Origin: the human T2T-CHM13v2.0 reference genome, Homo sapiens
Reading direction: 5' to 3' (one strand)
DNA length: 64,000 nucleotides
Assembly: GCF_009914755.1 (NCBI RefSeq)
Contig: NC_060947.1
A program made the translations under genes and the position numbers. The notes under the pieces are model-generated. The model searched no databases. It was not told the origin of the DNA and saw only the letters and a program-made list of their open reading frames with translations. Positions 27,503 through 52,311 of the stretch are shown one piece after another (positions within the stretch are counted from its first letter, which is position 1; every line of letters starts with the position of its first letter).

Positions 27503-27670
27503 TGGAAGATGGACGCCCACTGTCTGACTACATCCAGAAAGAGTCCAGTCTGCCTTTGGTCCTGTGCTTGAGGGGAGGTATCTAAGTTTCCTCTTTCTTT
27601 TAAGCTGTTGACAAATCTCATTGCACTTTTTTTTCAGTAAAGTTGTGGCATACCCCCATCCCCGAAAAAA
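27503..27670 (+). pseudogene. UBC: 5'-truncated processed UBC (polyubiquitin C) fragment, copy 1
   Basis: tggaagatggacgcccactgtctgactac..atccagaaagagtcc...cttgaggggaggtatctaagtttcc plus UBC-like 3'UTR; flanked by TSD aaaacttgctagcatg/aaaactgctagcatg. The symbol given is the parent gene. Confidence 0.88.
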
Positions 27671-27739
27671 ACTGCTAGCATGAAAAGAACAGTTGGGCCA
27701 TACTCCCTTTATAGTTTTTTTGGGGGGCTTTTTGGTTGT

Positions 27740-29368
<1,629 letters not shown>

Positions 29369-30023
29369 GGATACTTGGGCCTCCCTCACACCTGCTAAAT
29401 CAGAAGCTCAATGACTGGGGCCCAGCCATCTGGGTTCCATAACCCCTCTGGAAGGTTCTGATGTGTGTGCAAGTCAGAGAGTCACTGCTCTAGCCTAATG
29501 GTTTGTATTTTGGGTCAATCAGCCCCTTCATAATTCTCAGGTCTCTTCCCCCCAATTTCTTGGTAGTTGTTTTATTTCGTATTTTGCACTGAATTCTGCA
29601 AAGTCATCTAAGTAATATTGTGCCTGCTCACACTTGTACTAATTGAGATCCATGTTTCAGTGAATCATCATAGCTTCAATGTGTTGAGCAAATACTGTAT
29701 ACCAAGCCTAGTATTGAATACAGAAATTACCTTGCCCTCAAATCCACCCTGTGAGAGAGGTAATGCTAGCCCCAGTTCTCAGAGGCAGAATCTGAACACA
29801 GCTGTTTAAGTGACGTGTGTATGTTCCCATAGCAGGTCATGCTGCACTTGCAACTCAAAATCACCCTCACACAAACCCAGAATGTCTGACCAAATGTCTG
29901 AGCACCCCATGACCTAGTCAAGTGGATAAATAACATTAACCATCACACCAGTCCACCAAGGGAAAACATCCTCAGTCTGTCACCATTTTAATATATTTTT
30001 ACAAACTTTTAAAAATTGCTAGG

Positions 30024-30198
30024 AGGTGGAAGATGGACACACCCTGTCTGACTACAATATCCAGAAAGAGTCCAGTCTGCCTTTGGTCCTGTGCTTGAGG
30101 GAAGGTATCTAAGTTTCGTCTTTCTTTTAAGCTGTTGACAAATCTCATTGCACTTTTTTTCAATAAAGTTGTGAGATTCCCCCCGCCCCCCAACAAAA
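30024..30198 (+). pseudogene. UBC: 5'-truncated processed UBC fragment, copy 2
   Basis: 30026-30112 translates [28 protein letters not shown] versus the ubiquitin end [28 protein letters not shown] (the extra terminal residue is UBC-like). AATAAA at 30162; TSD ttgctag on both sides. Confidence 0.9.
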
Positions 30199-31235
30199 AG
30201 TTGCTAGCATGAAAGAACAGTTAGGACACATTCCCTTTGTATTTTTGGGGGGGTTGTTTGTTTGAGACAGGATCTCACTCTCTCACCCAGGCTGGAGTGT
30301 CTTGCTTCAAAGTTGGTGTTTGTGACCCCAGACTAAATAGTCTTGGAACCTTAGACTCTGTCTTACAATAGGCACCAATCTTTTAGGGCATCCAAGTATT
30401 TTGCAACAAAAAGCAGCTTGATGGAGCTAGCACGAAGTGCCACCAGTCAAGCTTGCAAGAGCAACAAATGGGTTCTTCTTGCTGAATTGTTTAACCACGA
30501 AATGTGTTTGTCCTGCAGGCTTATTAGCAAAGCGTACTCTTTTGTTCTGGGGGAAGACCCACGCCTCTTTAAGGAACAGAGCAGACCATGCCAAAAGCAC
30601 TTCAAGGCCTTCCTTATCGCTGTCAATCTGGCACCCTGTGAAAGCTGCGGGGCCTTTCTACTCTGCTCCAAGCTCCCTGCTCCATCCAGCTGGTCCTGGA
30701 ATCAGCTTTCTCTGCCTGCCTTCATGTCACCCTCTCCCACCTGAACTCCCTCCCCGGAGCCTTCCAAGCCCACCCTTCTCTTCCACTCTAACCTCCACAG
30801 CATTTCAGGCACTCATTGACCATCTCTCTGACATTGGGTGTGGCACCATGATCATGTTTGGGGGTCCCTAAGCAAACCCTGACACATACATGGGCCATTC
30901 TGCCTCCTGCCTCCTAGTCCCCAATGATAGACATTGTCACCTAATGCCTGAGCACCATGAAAACTGAGGGAAAGAGGAAGAACTGCATCTTCCTCCTCCT
31001 CAGAGGTCTCCGCTGGGGACTGGCTGATTCCTTTAGGGCCTTAAAACATTTCCATTTGCAGAATGCCCCTAATAAAATGGAGAAGTAAAGCTATAAATCC
31101 TTACCGTATTATTTTCAGAGCAAGAAAGATGGTTACAGATGGGTGGCAGATGGGTAGCGATGGATGGAATCAGTCGATGGATAGTAAGAATAGGTCCTGT
31201 AGAAATAAAACACAAGCATTTGTGTATTAATTACT

Positions 31236-31624
31236 GTATTAAGTCTGTTTAGACTGCTATGACAAAGTAGCATAGACAGGGTGGCTTAACCAACATCGAT
31301 TTATTATCCAACAGTCCTGGAGGCCGGAAGTCCAAGATCAAGGTGTGAGCACGGCTGGTTCCTACTGGGACCTCTCCTTGGCCTGTAGATGCTGTCTTCT
31401 CCCTGTGTCCTCACATGGTGGTCCCTCTATGTGCATCTGTGTCCTCATCTACTATTCTTATAAGAATTCTAGTCGTATTGGTTTAGGGCCCACCCTAGTG
31501 ATTTCATTTTATCTTAATTGCCTCTTTGGAGATCCTATTTCCAAATACATTCACATTCTGAAGTACCAGGGCTTAGGGCTTCAACATATGCATTTGTGGG
31601 GGGAGCATAATTCAGTCCATAACA
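31236..31624 (-). mobile_element. MLT1A-like MaLR LTR
   Basis: tgtattaagtctgtttagactgctatgacaaagtagcatagac...gcttcaacatatgcatttgtgggggg...tcagtccataaca. Confidence 0.85.
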
Positions 31625-31836
31625 CTTGCCCATTGCTGAGTAACAAACTGCCACAAATGCAGTGGCTTAAAATAACACACGTTTGTTATCTCAGAATCTC
31701 CATGGGTTGGGAATTTGAGCTCAGCTTAACTGTGCCTTTTGCTCAGGGTTTCACAAGGCTGTAGTCAATGTGTCAGCAGAACTGCATTCTCATCTAGAGG
31801 CTTGGATGGAAAAGAATCCACCATCAAGATCCCTCA

Positions 31837-32821
<985 letters not shown>

Positions 32822-33722
32822 TCACAAGTTTGCCTGAGGTTGGGCCACATTCACTCACCCAATCCCCAAAGTTATCTTTTAGACCATCCACCCCAACAAC
32901 CTGGAGCAGTCACTGTTTTGCAAGAGCTTTAGATGAAGACTGTAATGAAACAAGATCAAGGGAAAGACTGGTTTTAAGTATCACTTACTCATCTTCCTCC
33001 ACCTGCAATTTTCAGCCCCAAAATAACTTGGAGGAAAAAAAAAACCCCTGGATTATTTACATTTGCTCTCTATTTTTAACCACTCTTCTGTTTAAAACAT
33101 TTAATATCTTCTGAAGCCCCATTAGAGCCTATTTAACCTGTAGCAAGATATCGTATTTATTTTTGCAGCTATTTTCATCTGCTTAGGGAACTTTTTGTTT
33201 TCATCTGAGCTTTCAGAAGGAAGTTAAGCAAGGTCAACAGGCCTGGCTGACTTGTCAACTGGTTGTGCTGGGTTCTTAATCATAAAATGGAGCTAAATTC
33301 AGAGCAACTTATCATGCATCTCTTTTTATGTGGCTCAGTTTTTCCATTACTTGAAGTTCCCAAACATTAATAAACCTAAATGCACTATTTTTGGTGGGAA
33401 TGAATGCATTATGCTTTTCAGAGTTGATGTTTTTTACATAACTAAATCATGTTGGCAAGAGGGAGGAGAAACCACCCTTTGTAGGGCATATAGCGATTGG
33501 ATTTTTTCCTACTGATCTGGAGCTGTTGAAGCAGGGAATGGGGGAGGGGGAAGAAAGGGGAATTCGGCACAGGGAAAATACACCCACAGATTCTGTTCAC
33601 TATTTTTACTTGATATTTTTTGTGCTACAGGTTGCTTTTGCAACCACTAAGCAAACATTTTCAAGAGGCTTTAATGAAAAAGATGTGTTTGGAAGAAAGC
33701 AAAATGACTCCACAAGACTCTA

Positions 33723-34031
<309 letters not shown>

Positions 34032-34754
34032 TCAACAAGAACCATTCAGGAGACCCATGAGCTGGAATATTCTGTTTTACCCTCTTCCTTCTCTTCCCCA
34101 CCCCACCACACCTTTGCCCTCCAAGGGTTATTTTTGCTGCACGTTACTTTATTCTTTTTCAACCAGCTTTGGCACAAAAATGTAGTGCTTAAGTGTTTAA
34201 TATTATATTATTCATATTTCCCTCTTGATGTGTTCTAATTCCACCCTTCAATGTTGGACAAAGACATACAAATTGTATTTCTACACTTTGATTTTGCTTG
34301 ACAGGTTCTTGTAGCTAACAGCCACTGACCATTTCTGTAGATGGTAGAATCCATAGATCGATACAGCTTTCAATATGTTCCAAATCTGGTATTGCTTATC
34401 CTTTTTCTATGAGCTAAGCTGTTATCATTTACTGTCTCTATGAAGGAAGAAAACAGTTATTTGCCCAATGAAGCACAAGCAATCAACATTCTGGTTTCAA
34501 TATAGATGGCTGAGGAATCAGTGCTGGGAAATGTGTGAGGGGACTGAACCTACACTAATATGTATATTTGCAGTAGGTTCTGATTTCAGGTGTTCCTTTT
34601 TGCTACTTCTGAAATAAAAACTTGGCCAAACATCAAGTAGAAGGGTCTTTTGTGCTTCTGCAGTCCAGTGGGGAAATGGTTTCTGGTTACTTTTTCATGT
34701 ATTAAATTAATTTTATTTTGAAAAAAGTTTTACGAAAGTTTTTCCTGTGTTTTT

Positions 34755-35110
34755 TTTTAGTTGTGATGAAATTCACATAACTAAATTAGCCACTTTAATG
34801 TGTTCAATTCAGTGGCATTTAGCACATTTACGGACTTGTGCAACTTTCACTTCCGTCTAGAGCCAAAACATTTTCACCAGCCTCCCAAAAAGCCCCATAC
34901 CCATTCAATAGTCACTCCCCATCCTATCACCTTCTTCCAGCCCCTGGTAACCACTAATCTACTTTCTGTCTCTATGGATTTACCTATTCTGGACATTTCA
35001 TATAAATGAAATCATGTGATATGTGATCTTTTGTGTCTGGCTTCTTTCACTCGGCATAATGCTTTTGAGGTTCTTCCACATTATAGCATGTGTCAGTAAT
35101 TCATTAAATT
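34755..35110 (-). mobile_element. Old L1 3' fragment
   Basis: cagcccctggtaaccactaatctactttctgtctctatggatttacctattctggacatttcatataaatg. Confidence 0.85.
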
Positions 35111-35650
35111 TATTTTTAAATGAAAATAATATTTAAGGGCATTTTCCTGTGTTCAACTATTTATTGATCACCTGTGTGCAAGGCACTGTACTATACATAG
35201 CATGCTGGAAAGGTTGGCATTCTCTGTGAAATAATTGTAGGACACAAGCATATGAGTCTCCTGCCTGCAGCACCCCACTCCCATGCCTCAGTCTCTAACA
35301 TAAAACTACTAGAGGTGGCTGGTTCCCAAAGTAGCCAAATCCCTGTGACTCATAGGCTTTTCCACCCTCCCTTCTCCCCTTCTTAGACAAGATCCGTTTC
35401 CCCCAAGACCACACAAGCCATTTTAGAATTGTCGTTTGAACTCATGATATGTCAATGAACAGAAAGCATAGCACTGTGACTGTCATAAAGAAGAGTCGGC
35501 CCTCAGGAGAGGCCCAGCTTGCAGGGTAGAAACGCAAAATGCAGACAGCAGTGGTAACTGATGACACAGACTACACGGCTTCCTCCAGTACAGAGGGTGG
35601 CCCCCAAGGCTCAGGGCTGTGAAAGGTCCCGGAGGCCTCACCGAAGCAGT

Positions 35651-35735
35651 GAGACTTGGACGAAGGGGCGGGAGGGAGACTTGGACGAAGGGGCGGGAGG
35701 GAGACTTGGACGAAGGGGCGGGAGGGAGACTTGGA
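35651..35735 (+). repeat. 25-bp perfect minisatellite x3.4
   Basis: gagacttggacgaaggggcgggagg at 35651, 35676 and 35701, plus a partial copy at 35726. Confidence 0.97.
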
Positions 35736-36267
35736 GAGGCAGGGTGATGGCCTTCATGGACAAAGGGAAGATTTGAACAAAGACTTGGCCGCGAGAATAC
35801 ACGTGGCCTTTTTAAAAGACGAGACACAGACCATTTTGTTTAGAAAGATTTGTTTGGAAACGAACATGCAGCGATGTCAACGTTGGTTCACTTGAAAGGG
35901 AAGCAAACGGGAAAATAACATCCCACTTTCCTTCAGCCCCCGCCCACAACCCCCGCCTTGTACCTGATCTTCTCCAGCCCAGGAGCAACCACAGTAGACC
36001 ACTGAGACGTCTCCCCACGTCTTTCCATCATATCTTTTTTCCCAGCCAGCCCTAACGGAACCCAGGTGGTTCCTTCAACGGGTCCCACGCGGCGCGGGGC
36101 GGAGGGAGGGGGACTAACTCTGGGCATTCTGTCTCTCCGTAGTTTGGTTCCCATCATGCCCCTCTCCCAAGGTCCTGTCATGGCCGCTCTCTTAAAGCAG
36201 TTTTCCATTATGCCCCTCTCCCGAGGGAGTTTCCCGCCATGGCCGCGTCCCAAAACAGTTTCCAGTC

Positions 36268-36990
<723 letters not shown>

Positions 36991-37916
36991 CCCTCCCCAC
37001 TCTTCAAAACCCTCGGCTCCAGCTCTGAAGCAGAGCTCCTCCCTCGTTTGTATCCTCACTTAGTGTATCATACTCTTGGAATAACTACTCAACCAATCAA
37101 AGAAAGGACATTTTTCCCCACCCAGGTATACCTTGGGCATCACGAATGATGCGGGGACATCATGGACCTTCCAACTCAGCCAGGCAGAAGGAGGTGTAAA
37201 GTGAAAGCCTCAGCTGGGATACGAGGCAGGATGTGCTAAGTTCCCCATGGTTGGTAGAGGCCCCAAGCGCTCCCTGATACTCAGAAAAGACAGGAATAGC
37301 TGAGTGCCGCTGGAAAAGCAGGCAGGAAGTGAAGTAGGTGGGGAGGGGCAGGAGATTGTTACAGTTACAGGAGCAACCCGAGAGAACAAAGACACCACGG
37401 TTAAAGCTGGCTAAAGTCAGAGGCGATTCAGAGACTGTCAGAATAATCCAGTTATGGGGAAAGAGGTCCTGAGCAGGGGCAGTGGAGCTAGAAGGAAAGG
37501 GCAGGTGATAACGGCTGGCAAAGGCAGGAGGAGCTGGATGGGAAGCTTGTGGGGACTTGTTGGGATTGGTGGGGAGGAGAATAGTTACAGAAGGTTTCAA
37601 GGCTAAGGTTTGGGTAACTTGGAGAAGGTTGTCTATCTGACAAAAGTTGGAAATTCAGTAACAGGGACAGAGTTTCCTTGGGTGAAGGGTGAGATCTGGG
37701 CCAGATCATCACTAGGAGTCCACAGATACAGCCCCAAGCCCCTAGGGTGGAGTCGCACTCCTTCCACAGAGGAAAAGGAGACAGCAACAGGACACACAGA
37801 AGAATCATAACCTGCTACTAGGCATGACGTGGGACCCCTGTCACATTTGTTTATGGAACACTTAGCTCTTTGGGGTTCCCAGGGACTAAAGTGTGTGCCT
37901 CAAAACACACCCTAAC

Positions 37917-38218
<302 letters not shown>

Positions 38219-39031
38219 AACACACCCTAAGATGCTGCCTGTTTCTCTAAACAGGCTAAATGATGCATTAGCTTCAGCCGAATCGTTCTCACCAGTGGAA
38301 ATGGTGACCTGCTTCTAGTGACGCACCCTGTGTGCAGAGCTGCATGGCTTCTCAGCAAGGCCACAGCCTCTCGGCGTCCTCAATGGCCGTGGCAGTGGGA
38401 ACAAAGATGTGAGCGCTGGTGTCCTTGGTCCTCCCTGTCTACTCTCTCCAACCCAATGGCCAGTAAGGGTCTCATACCTGCTTTGGTTCTTGGAGAAGGC
38501 CAGGGACTGAGTAAGTGCTGGTAGACCGTGAGCACATGTCAGACATTCCCCACCATAATCTCCCAGAAACCCAGCCAGCAGATGAAAGCAGGTGAAAGGA
38601 AAGGAAGCGATAGAAAGAGTTCCTGCCAGGGAACAGGCGTGTGCTGTTTTGAGTTTTCCAGACCCGCACTGCAGTGGAGATTGTGGAATTTGCAGGCCTC
38701 AACATGTTGGTGAACACAATTTCTTCAATTATCCTCGGTAATTTATGGTGGACTATCATGAAGTCACACTAGATGTGCCTTTGAAAATTAGATGGTTTTC
38801 TCCTTTCATTTTAATATTTCTGCATTTCATTGAATAAAATTATAAATAGGGCAATTTCAAAAAGAAAGGAATACAGAATAGCAAACTTTTAGAACACCCA
38901 TTAGGCAAAGTCCAAACTTAGAAAAATAGATATGTAAATCCTCGTGAGACGATTAACCTTCACCCCAAACACACACACTCATTTCTACTATTTATCACTC
39001 AGAACTTTTATGAGAGTTAAGAGTTTCTCCT

Positions 39032-39140
39032 AAGACTCAGGGATCATTTCTATAGTTTGTTACTAGAGAAGTTTCTCTGGATGTGTAGAGCACCGTAAAA
39101 TAAAAGGAAAATGAAAAAAGAATAAAAAATTTTTAAAAAA
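39032..39140 (+). pseudogene. 3'-truncated U3 snoRNA retrocopy with A-rich tail
   Basis: tcagggatcatttctatagtttgttactagagaagtttctctggatgtgtagagcaccg matches the U3 5' end (TCAGGGATCATTTCTATAGTGTGTTACTAGAGAAGTTTCTCTGAACGTGTAGAGCACCG); TSD aagagtttctcctaaga/aagagcttgtctcctaaga. Confidence 0.92.
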
Positions 39141-39520
39141 GAGCTTGTCTCCTAAGAGATGATAAGTTTCTAGAAGATAAGGCTGTGTCTTTTTTTTTAA
39201 TTTTTTCCCCCACAAATCCATAAAATGTACTCAGTGAATGTTTGTTTGATCAGAATTAAATTTGTATTACTAAAAGGGTTTTTGTTTTCAGCTTGTTTAT
39301 TTTTGCTAGAGGAGCCAGTGAGTTGCTATTTTAAGAATAGCTTTGAATCATGACTTAGGAAGTCAGAATTGTATTAAATGAAGTAGTATCTAAAAACTTC
39401 CAGATCCATTAGAAATTATAACTAATGCAATTTGAAAAGAGAGTTGGATCATTCATTTTATACAAGTCTCTGTTTTCAATGACTTTCATATAAATGAACC
39501 CTAACAAAAATTTTTACCTA

Positions 39521-39906
<386 letters not shown>

Positions 39907-40699
39907 TCATATTTATATAGCTTCTGAAATTTGCCCATAGGTTCTGGCAAAGTTGTTTTTTTCTTACACCAAGTGAACTTACAGTTAAAAAAAATAGAAA
40001 GTATTTAAACCTGAATGATTTCTGAGGTTGTAGCAGAAGGATCTCCCAAAGGAGGAAAAAAAAACCCTTACCTTCTCCTTATGTGCAGTCTCTTTCACAA
40101 ATACATAATTTAATAAGGATTTGTGTAAATTTACCTTGTATTTTTTTTTTAGCTAAATTAGTTTTACATATAATATCTAATGCAATTTTCTCACGAAAGT
40201 GGGAAGGTACTATTATTACTATTATTATTAGTATCCCTTCCTTATTTACAAACAGAAAATCTTGGAATTCAGAAGGACAAAGCTGCATAATTTGCTCCAG
40301 CTACACAGCTACTAAGTGGCAAAGCCAGGTGTCTGGATTCCAACGTTCACGGTCTGGTCCAGTGTAAAACATTTACACTTGGATCCCTTACAAGTCTATA
40401 AGTGCTTTATTGAGTATGCTTAAGTAGAAAAATAATTCCTGAAAACTCAGTTCAAAATTAAATCCTTGGAGCTTACACAGTAAAATTCAACTTTCACTTT
40501 TGTGGGCCAAGAACTCCTGCTTAGGTGCCCTGGAACAGGAACCCCAGTGCCTTGCTGACAAATGGTCTTCATAGAACACAAATGGCCCTTCGTCATGCTA
40601 GAACCAATTGTATCACTTGTGTGTATCTAAGAAACCCAAGGCAGTTCTCCAATCCTGATAGTCCAGTCAGGATTCAACCAGACAACTGGAACCAGTAGA

Positions 40700-41500
40700 A
40701 GATACATGCTAGATTTATTGCAAGGAATTGGCTTATGTCATTGGGTGGGGCTGGGCAGGCAGGCCTGAAATTTGTAGGGAAGACAGTTAAGAAGGCAGAC
40801 TGGAACTCTCTTGGGCACTGGCTGTTCACAGGAGGAATTTCTTCTTCCTTAGGGAAGCCTCAGTCCTGCTATAGAGGCCTTTCACCTGATTATCCAAGAT
40901 AATCTCTCCCCCGGCTTAAAGTCAACTGATTATGGACCTTATTTACATCTCAAAACAGCCTGGAAGCAACACCTAGATTAGTGTTTGTAGTGGGTTGGAT
41001 TGTGTATCCTTAAAAAGATAAGTTCAAGTTCTAACCCCTGGTACCTGTGAACGGGGCTTTATTCGGAAATAAGGTCTTTGCTGATGTGATCAAGTTGAAT
41101 GAAGGCTATACTGAATTAAGGGAGGCGGTAAATCCATTAACTGGATAACCTGTGTCTTTATAAGAGAAAGAAGAGGGAGATCTGGACACACACACACATA
41201 CAGGGAGGGAGAAGGCCATGTGAAGATGGTGGCAGATATTGGAGTGATGCAGCTACTAAGCAAGGAACACCAAGGACTGCCAGCTGTCATCGGGAGCTGG
41301 AAGAGACAGGGAAGCATCCTCCCCTAGAGCCTTCAGAGGGAACATGGCCCTGCCAACATCTTGACTTCAGACTTCTGGCCTTCAGAAATCTGACAGAATA
41401 AATTTATGTTGTCTTAAGCCATCTAGTTTGTGGTTCCCTGTTTGAGCGGCCCTAGAGAATGAAAATGGTATTTGATGGAATAACTGAGGATTGTGGCCTA
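40700..41500. mobile_element. MLT2-type LTR interrupted by an MLT1B/C-type LTR (~40986-41465)
   Basis: tttattgcaaggaattggcttatg (MLT2); tgtagtgggttggattgtgt...ctagagccttcagagggaacatggccctgccaacatcttgac (MLT1). Confidence 0.8.
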
Positions 41501-41707
41501 GGCAAGCGGACACATCAAAAGACCACCACCTCTCCATTCCCTTCTCTTCTCCTTTCCCTTCCTTTCCCTCCTTTCCCCTTCCCTTCCATCTCCTCCCCTT
41601 CCATCCCCTCCCCTTCCTTTCCCTTCCCTTCCCTCCATCTCAACCCTCTTCATGTCCACTGAGCTCATATTCTGGCTGGGGGAACAGACAATTAAAACTA
41701 ATGAGCA

Positions 41708-44313
<2,606 letters not shown>

Positions 44314-44529
44314 CTAAAATGTCCTTTCCCTTCCCTCCCTTCCCTCAGGGACATTTCAAAATTTCTATAAGACCTGTATCTGGTCTTATCAAATGGCTGT
44401 GCTCTAGTGAAAATAACAACAAACCTTAAAGGCCTCCTTACACAGGTACTGGGGGAAAGGCTGGGCTCTAATTCCATGTAGCTTTACTGTGCCTTTCTCA
44501 AATTTGCTAAAATTCAAGCTTTTAGTGTA

Positions 44530-45536
<1,007 letters not shown>

Positions 45537-45539
45537 TAC

Positions 45540-46220
45540 AGTTCTATGAGTTTTGACCAACATTGACAGTTTTGCAACCAGCACTACCATCAAGATACGG
45601 AACAGCTCAGTCCCTCAAAAATATCCCCCCATGATCCTTTGTAGTCAACCTTTTCCCCAACCTACTCTCAATCCCAACAATGGAGGGTCTTTCTGTCCCA
45701 GTAGTTTTGCCTGTTCCAGAATGCCATATGAAACCATGGAATATGGCAGAGTGTGGTGGCTCACATCTGTAATCCCAGCACTTTGGGAAGCCGAGGTGGA
45801 AGGATCGCTTGATCCCAGGAGTTCAAGATCAGCTTGGGCAAGATAGCAAGACCCCATCTCTACAAAACAGAAACAAAACACAAAACCATGGAATATGTCA
45901 CCTTTGAATCTGAATTCCTTCACTCAGCCATTTACATTTGAGATTCATCCATGCTGTTGCACAGATCAATAGCTTCCTCCTTTTCAGTGTTCATGGAGTC
46001 AACACTGAAAAGTGTATATCCGTACAAGGGGATATATCCATATCCATATCCATGTCCCTTTGTATGGACATACTGCAGTTTATTTATCCCTTTACCAGTT
46101 GAAGGACACCTGGATTGTTTCCAGGTTTTGGCAACTATGAATAAAGGTTTCTGCATACAAGTTTTTGCAGGAAGCTAAGCTTTCACTTCTCTTGGGTATA
46201 CATGTAGGACGGGGGCTGTC
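45540..46220 (-). mobile_element. Old L1 fragment with inserted FLAM (45745-45885)
   Basis: L1M-like antisense motifs; TSD aaaccatggaatatg. Confidence 0.75.
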
Positions 46221-46346
46221 AGGGTATATTACACATGATGTGTGTCCCATCTTATCAAGTGCCTGCTGATTCTGTAAAAGTAATAACATCAAAGAGGCCT
46301 TGTGACAAAGGCGCTGGAGAAAAACGCCACGTTCCACTCCCATTGA

Positions 46347-47411
<1,065 letters not shown>

Positions 47412-47756
47412 CCATAACTTCTTTCAAGGAAATATGGTTACCAAAAGAAAGGCGGGAAGGGGAGGAAACCCTTGAAAAGGATAATCTCTCTTATTTTGTA
47501 GCTATAACAGCCACGTGTTATTTGAGGGAAATTGCAACTCTTGCCTGTCATGTGCTCTTTGAGTAAACACAGGCAGCATTTTGTATTTATTTGATTTTTG
47601 GTTTGCTTTCCATGTTGGTGAAAGTGGGCTCTGAACACGTTCACCCCTTGAGAGACACCAAGGTTGGTGTGAGGTGGGCTGTGGGTTTTGGAATCAGAGG
47701 AGCTGGATTTGTATGTGTTCTGCCCCCTTTTAGTGGGAGACATTCTACAAGCCCAC

Positions 47757-49340
<1,584 letters not shown>

Positions 49341-49744
49341 AGCCACTAACCTCTCTGAGAGTCAACTTTTCTCCCTTGTAAAATGAATATGATCATGACA
49401 ATATTTCCCCAACCACTTCATACGTTACTATGACAATCAGTGACAGAATGTTTGAAAATGTTTCGAAACTATAAAAGCTTTGCCAGATCGAAAACAAAAT
49501 CTGCTGCTCCCTTTGATCTAGTACTTTTCCTACCCACTCAGCTCTTCCTTTGCTGGCCGGTTTCTGCATCTCCTAGGGTACATTTGATTTGGCCAATCTT
49601 TCCAATGACCTTTACCTTTTCTAAATGGGGGGCTGGGCCCCAGGCACTGACCACTTCTGCTCTTTAGAATCCATCATCATCACCAAACAGAATGAGCTTT
49701 ATCTAACATTTTGGTATTTTGTTCACAATGGAGTTTTTGCATCA

Positions 49745-50998
<1,254 letters not shown>

Positions 50999-51189
50999 CT
51001 TCTCTCAATTCTTTAACCTTTTGAGTTCAATTTTATCCTCTGAATATTGGGCCTTCAGGGAGGACCTGGAAGAATCAAATATGATACTGTACATGAACAC
51101 CTCCATGCCAAATGCAAAGTACTTTCAGGATTCAAATGATAACTAAATGCAAAATTTGAAATGAAAAAAGAAAAATAGCAATAGCTCAC

Positions 51190-51552
51190 ATGCATTAGTC
51201 TGCTGAGTCTGCTGTAATAGAGTGGGTTGCTTAAACACCACCCATTTATTTTCTCACAGTCCTGGAGGATAAAGTCCAAGGTCAAGGTGTTAGCAGGGTT
51301 GGGTTATTCTCAGGCCTCTATCCTTGGCTTATAGATGACTGATTTCTCCCTGTGCGTGTCTGTGTCCTAATCTCCTTTTCTTAAAAGGACTCCAGTCAGA
51401 TTGGATTAGAGCCTACCCAAATGACCTCATTTTACCTTAATTACCTTCTTAAAGGCCCTATCTCCAAATACAGTCACATTCTAAGGTACTGGGGATCAGG
51501 ACTTCAACATACAAATGTTTGTGAGGACACTATTCAGCCTGGCCCATAACAT
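51190..51552 (-). mobile_element. MLT1A-like LTR
   Basis: tgcattagtctgctgag...tttctcacagtcctggagg...ggccctatctccaaatacagtcacattctaaggtactgggg. Confidence 0.82.
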
Positions 51553-52311
51553 CAGGGAAAACAAACAAAACAAAACAAAAAACGAAAAGAAGTATTGGGT
51601 GGCTACCTAGGTCAAGGGATACAAAAGGGGTTTTCATCCACCTTATCTCAGCTCCATGACAGGTGATAGGCCTTTTTATCTTCACTCCTTTTTGTATACC
51701 TCTCTAAGTAGGACCTCACATAATGCCACCTATACAAGTGGCTTCCTTCATAGTTTTGGTTCTAGTCTCTCTAAGGAAAATTAGAAGCAAAATTCAAAAG
51801 CAAAGAAAGATCAGATGTTTGTAAGTGAAGTTGAAAAGTCCATCCCCCCTTCCTCATCTCATATGGGAAGCTCGTGGTGGGTGCTTATTCAGAGAAAAGT
51901 CACATCTATAAACATCAAGGAAAGATCATCACTTCCAGCATGCCTTCAATTTCAATATCTTGGGAGAGCAAGAATGGACTTTTGTGCAGCCTACACATAT
52001 ATCTGGAGGTTGCCAAACAACACTACCATGAGCTTCCCACACTAGATCAGTTCAGGAAACAGATATGAATAATTTGCTTTATCATGAGTGGTTCTTTATG
52101 TATAGCAGCTAGTGAATACCATTGTCATTTAAAGCAAACTTGGACTTTACTTTGACTTTGTACCTAGGGACCTATTTGCACTGTCTGGTCTTTCTTTTGA
52201 GTCATATAACAGTCATATCACATGAAAAGTTAGGGATATCATTCGGCCTCTCTCCTCTCTAAACAGATGATAAGATCTACTTAAACTTTGGTTAAAAAAA
52301 ATGGAGTAGAA

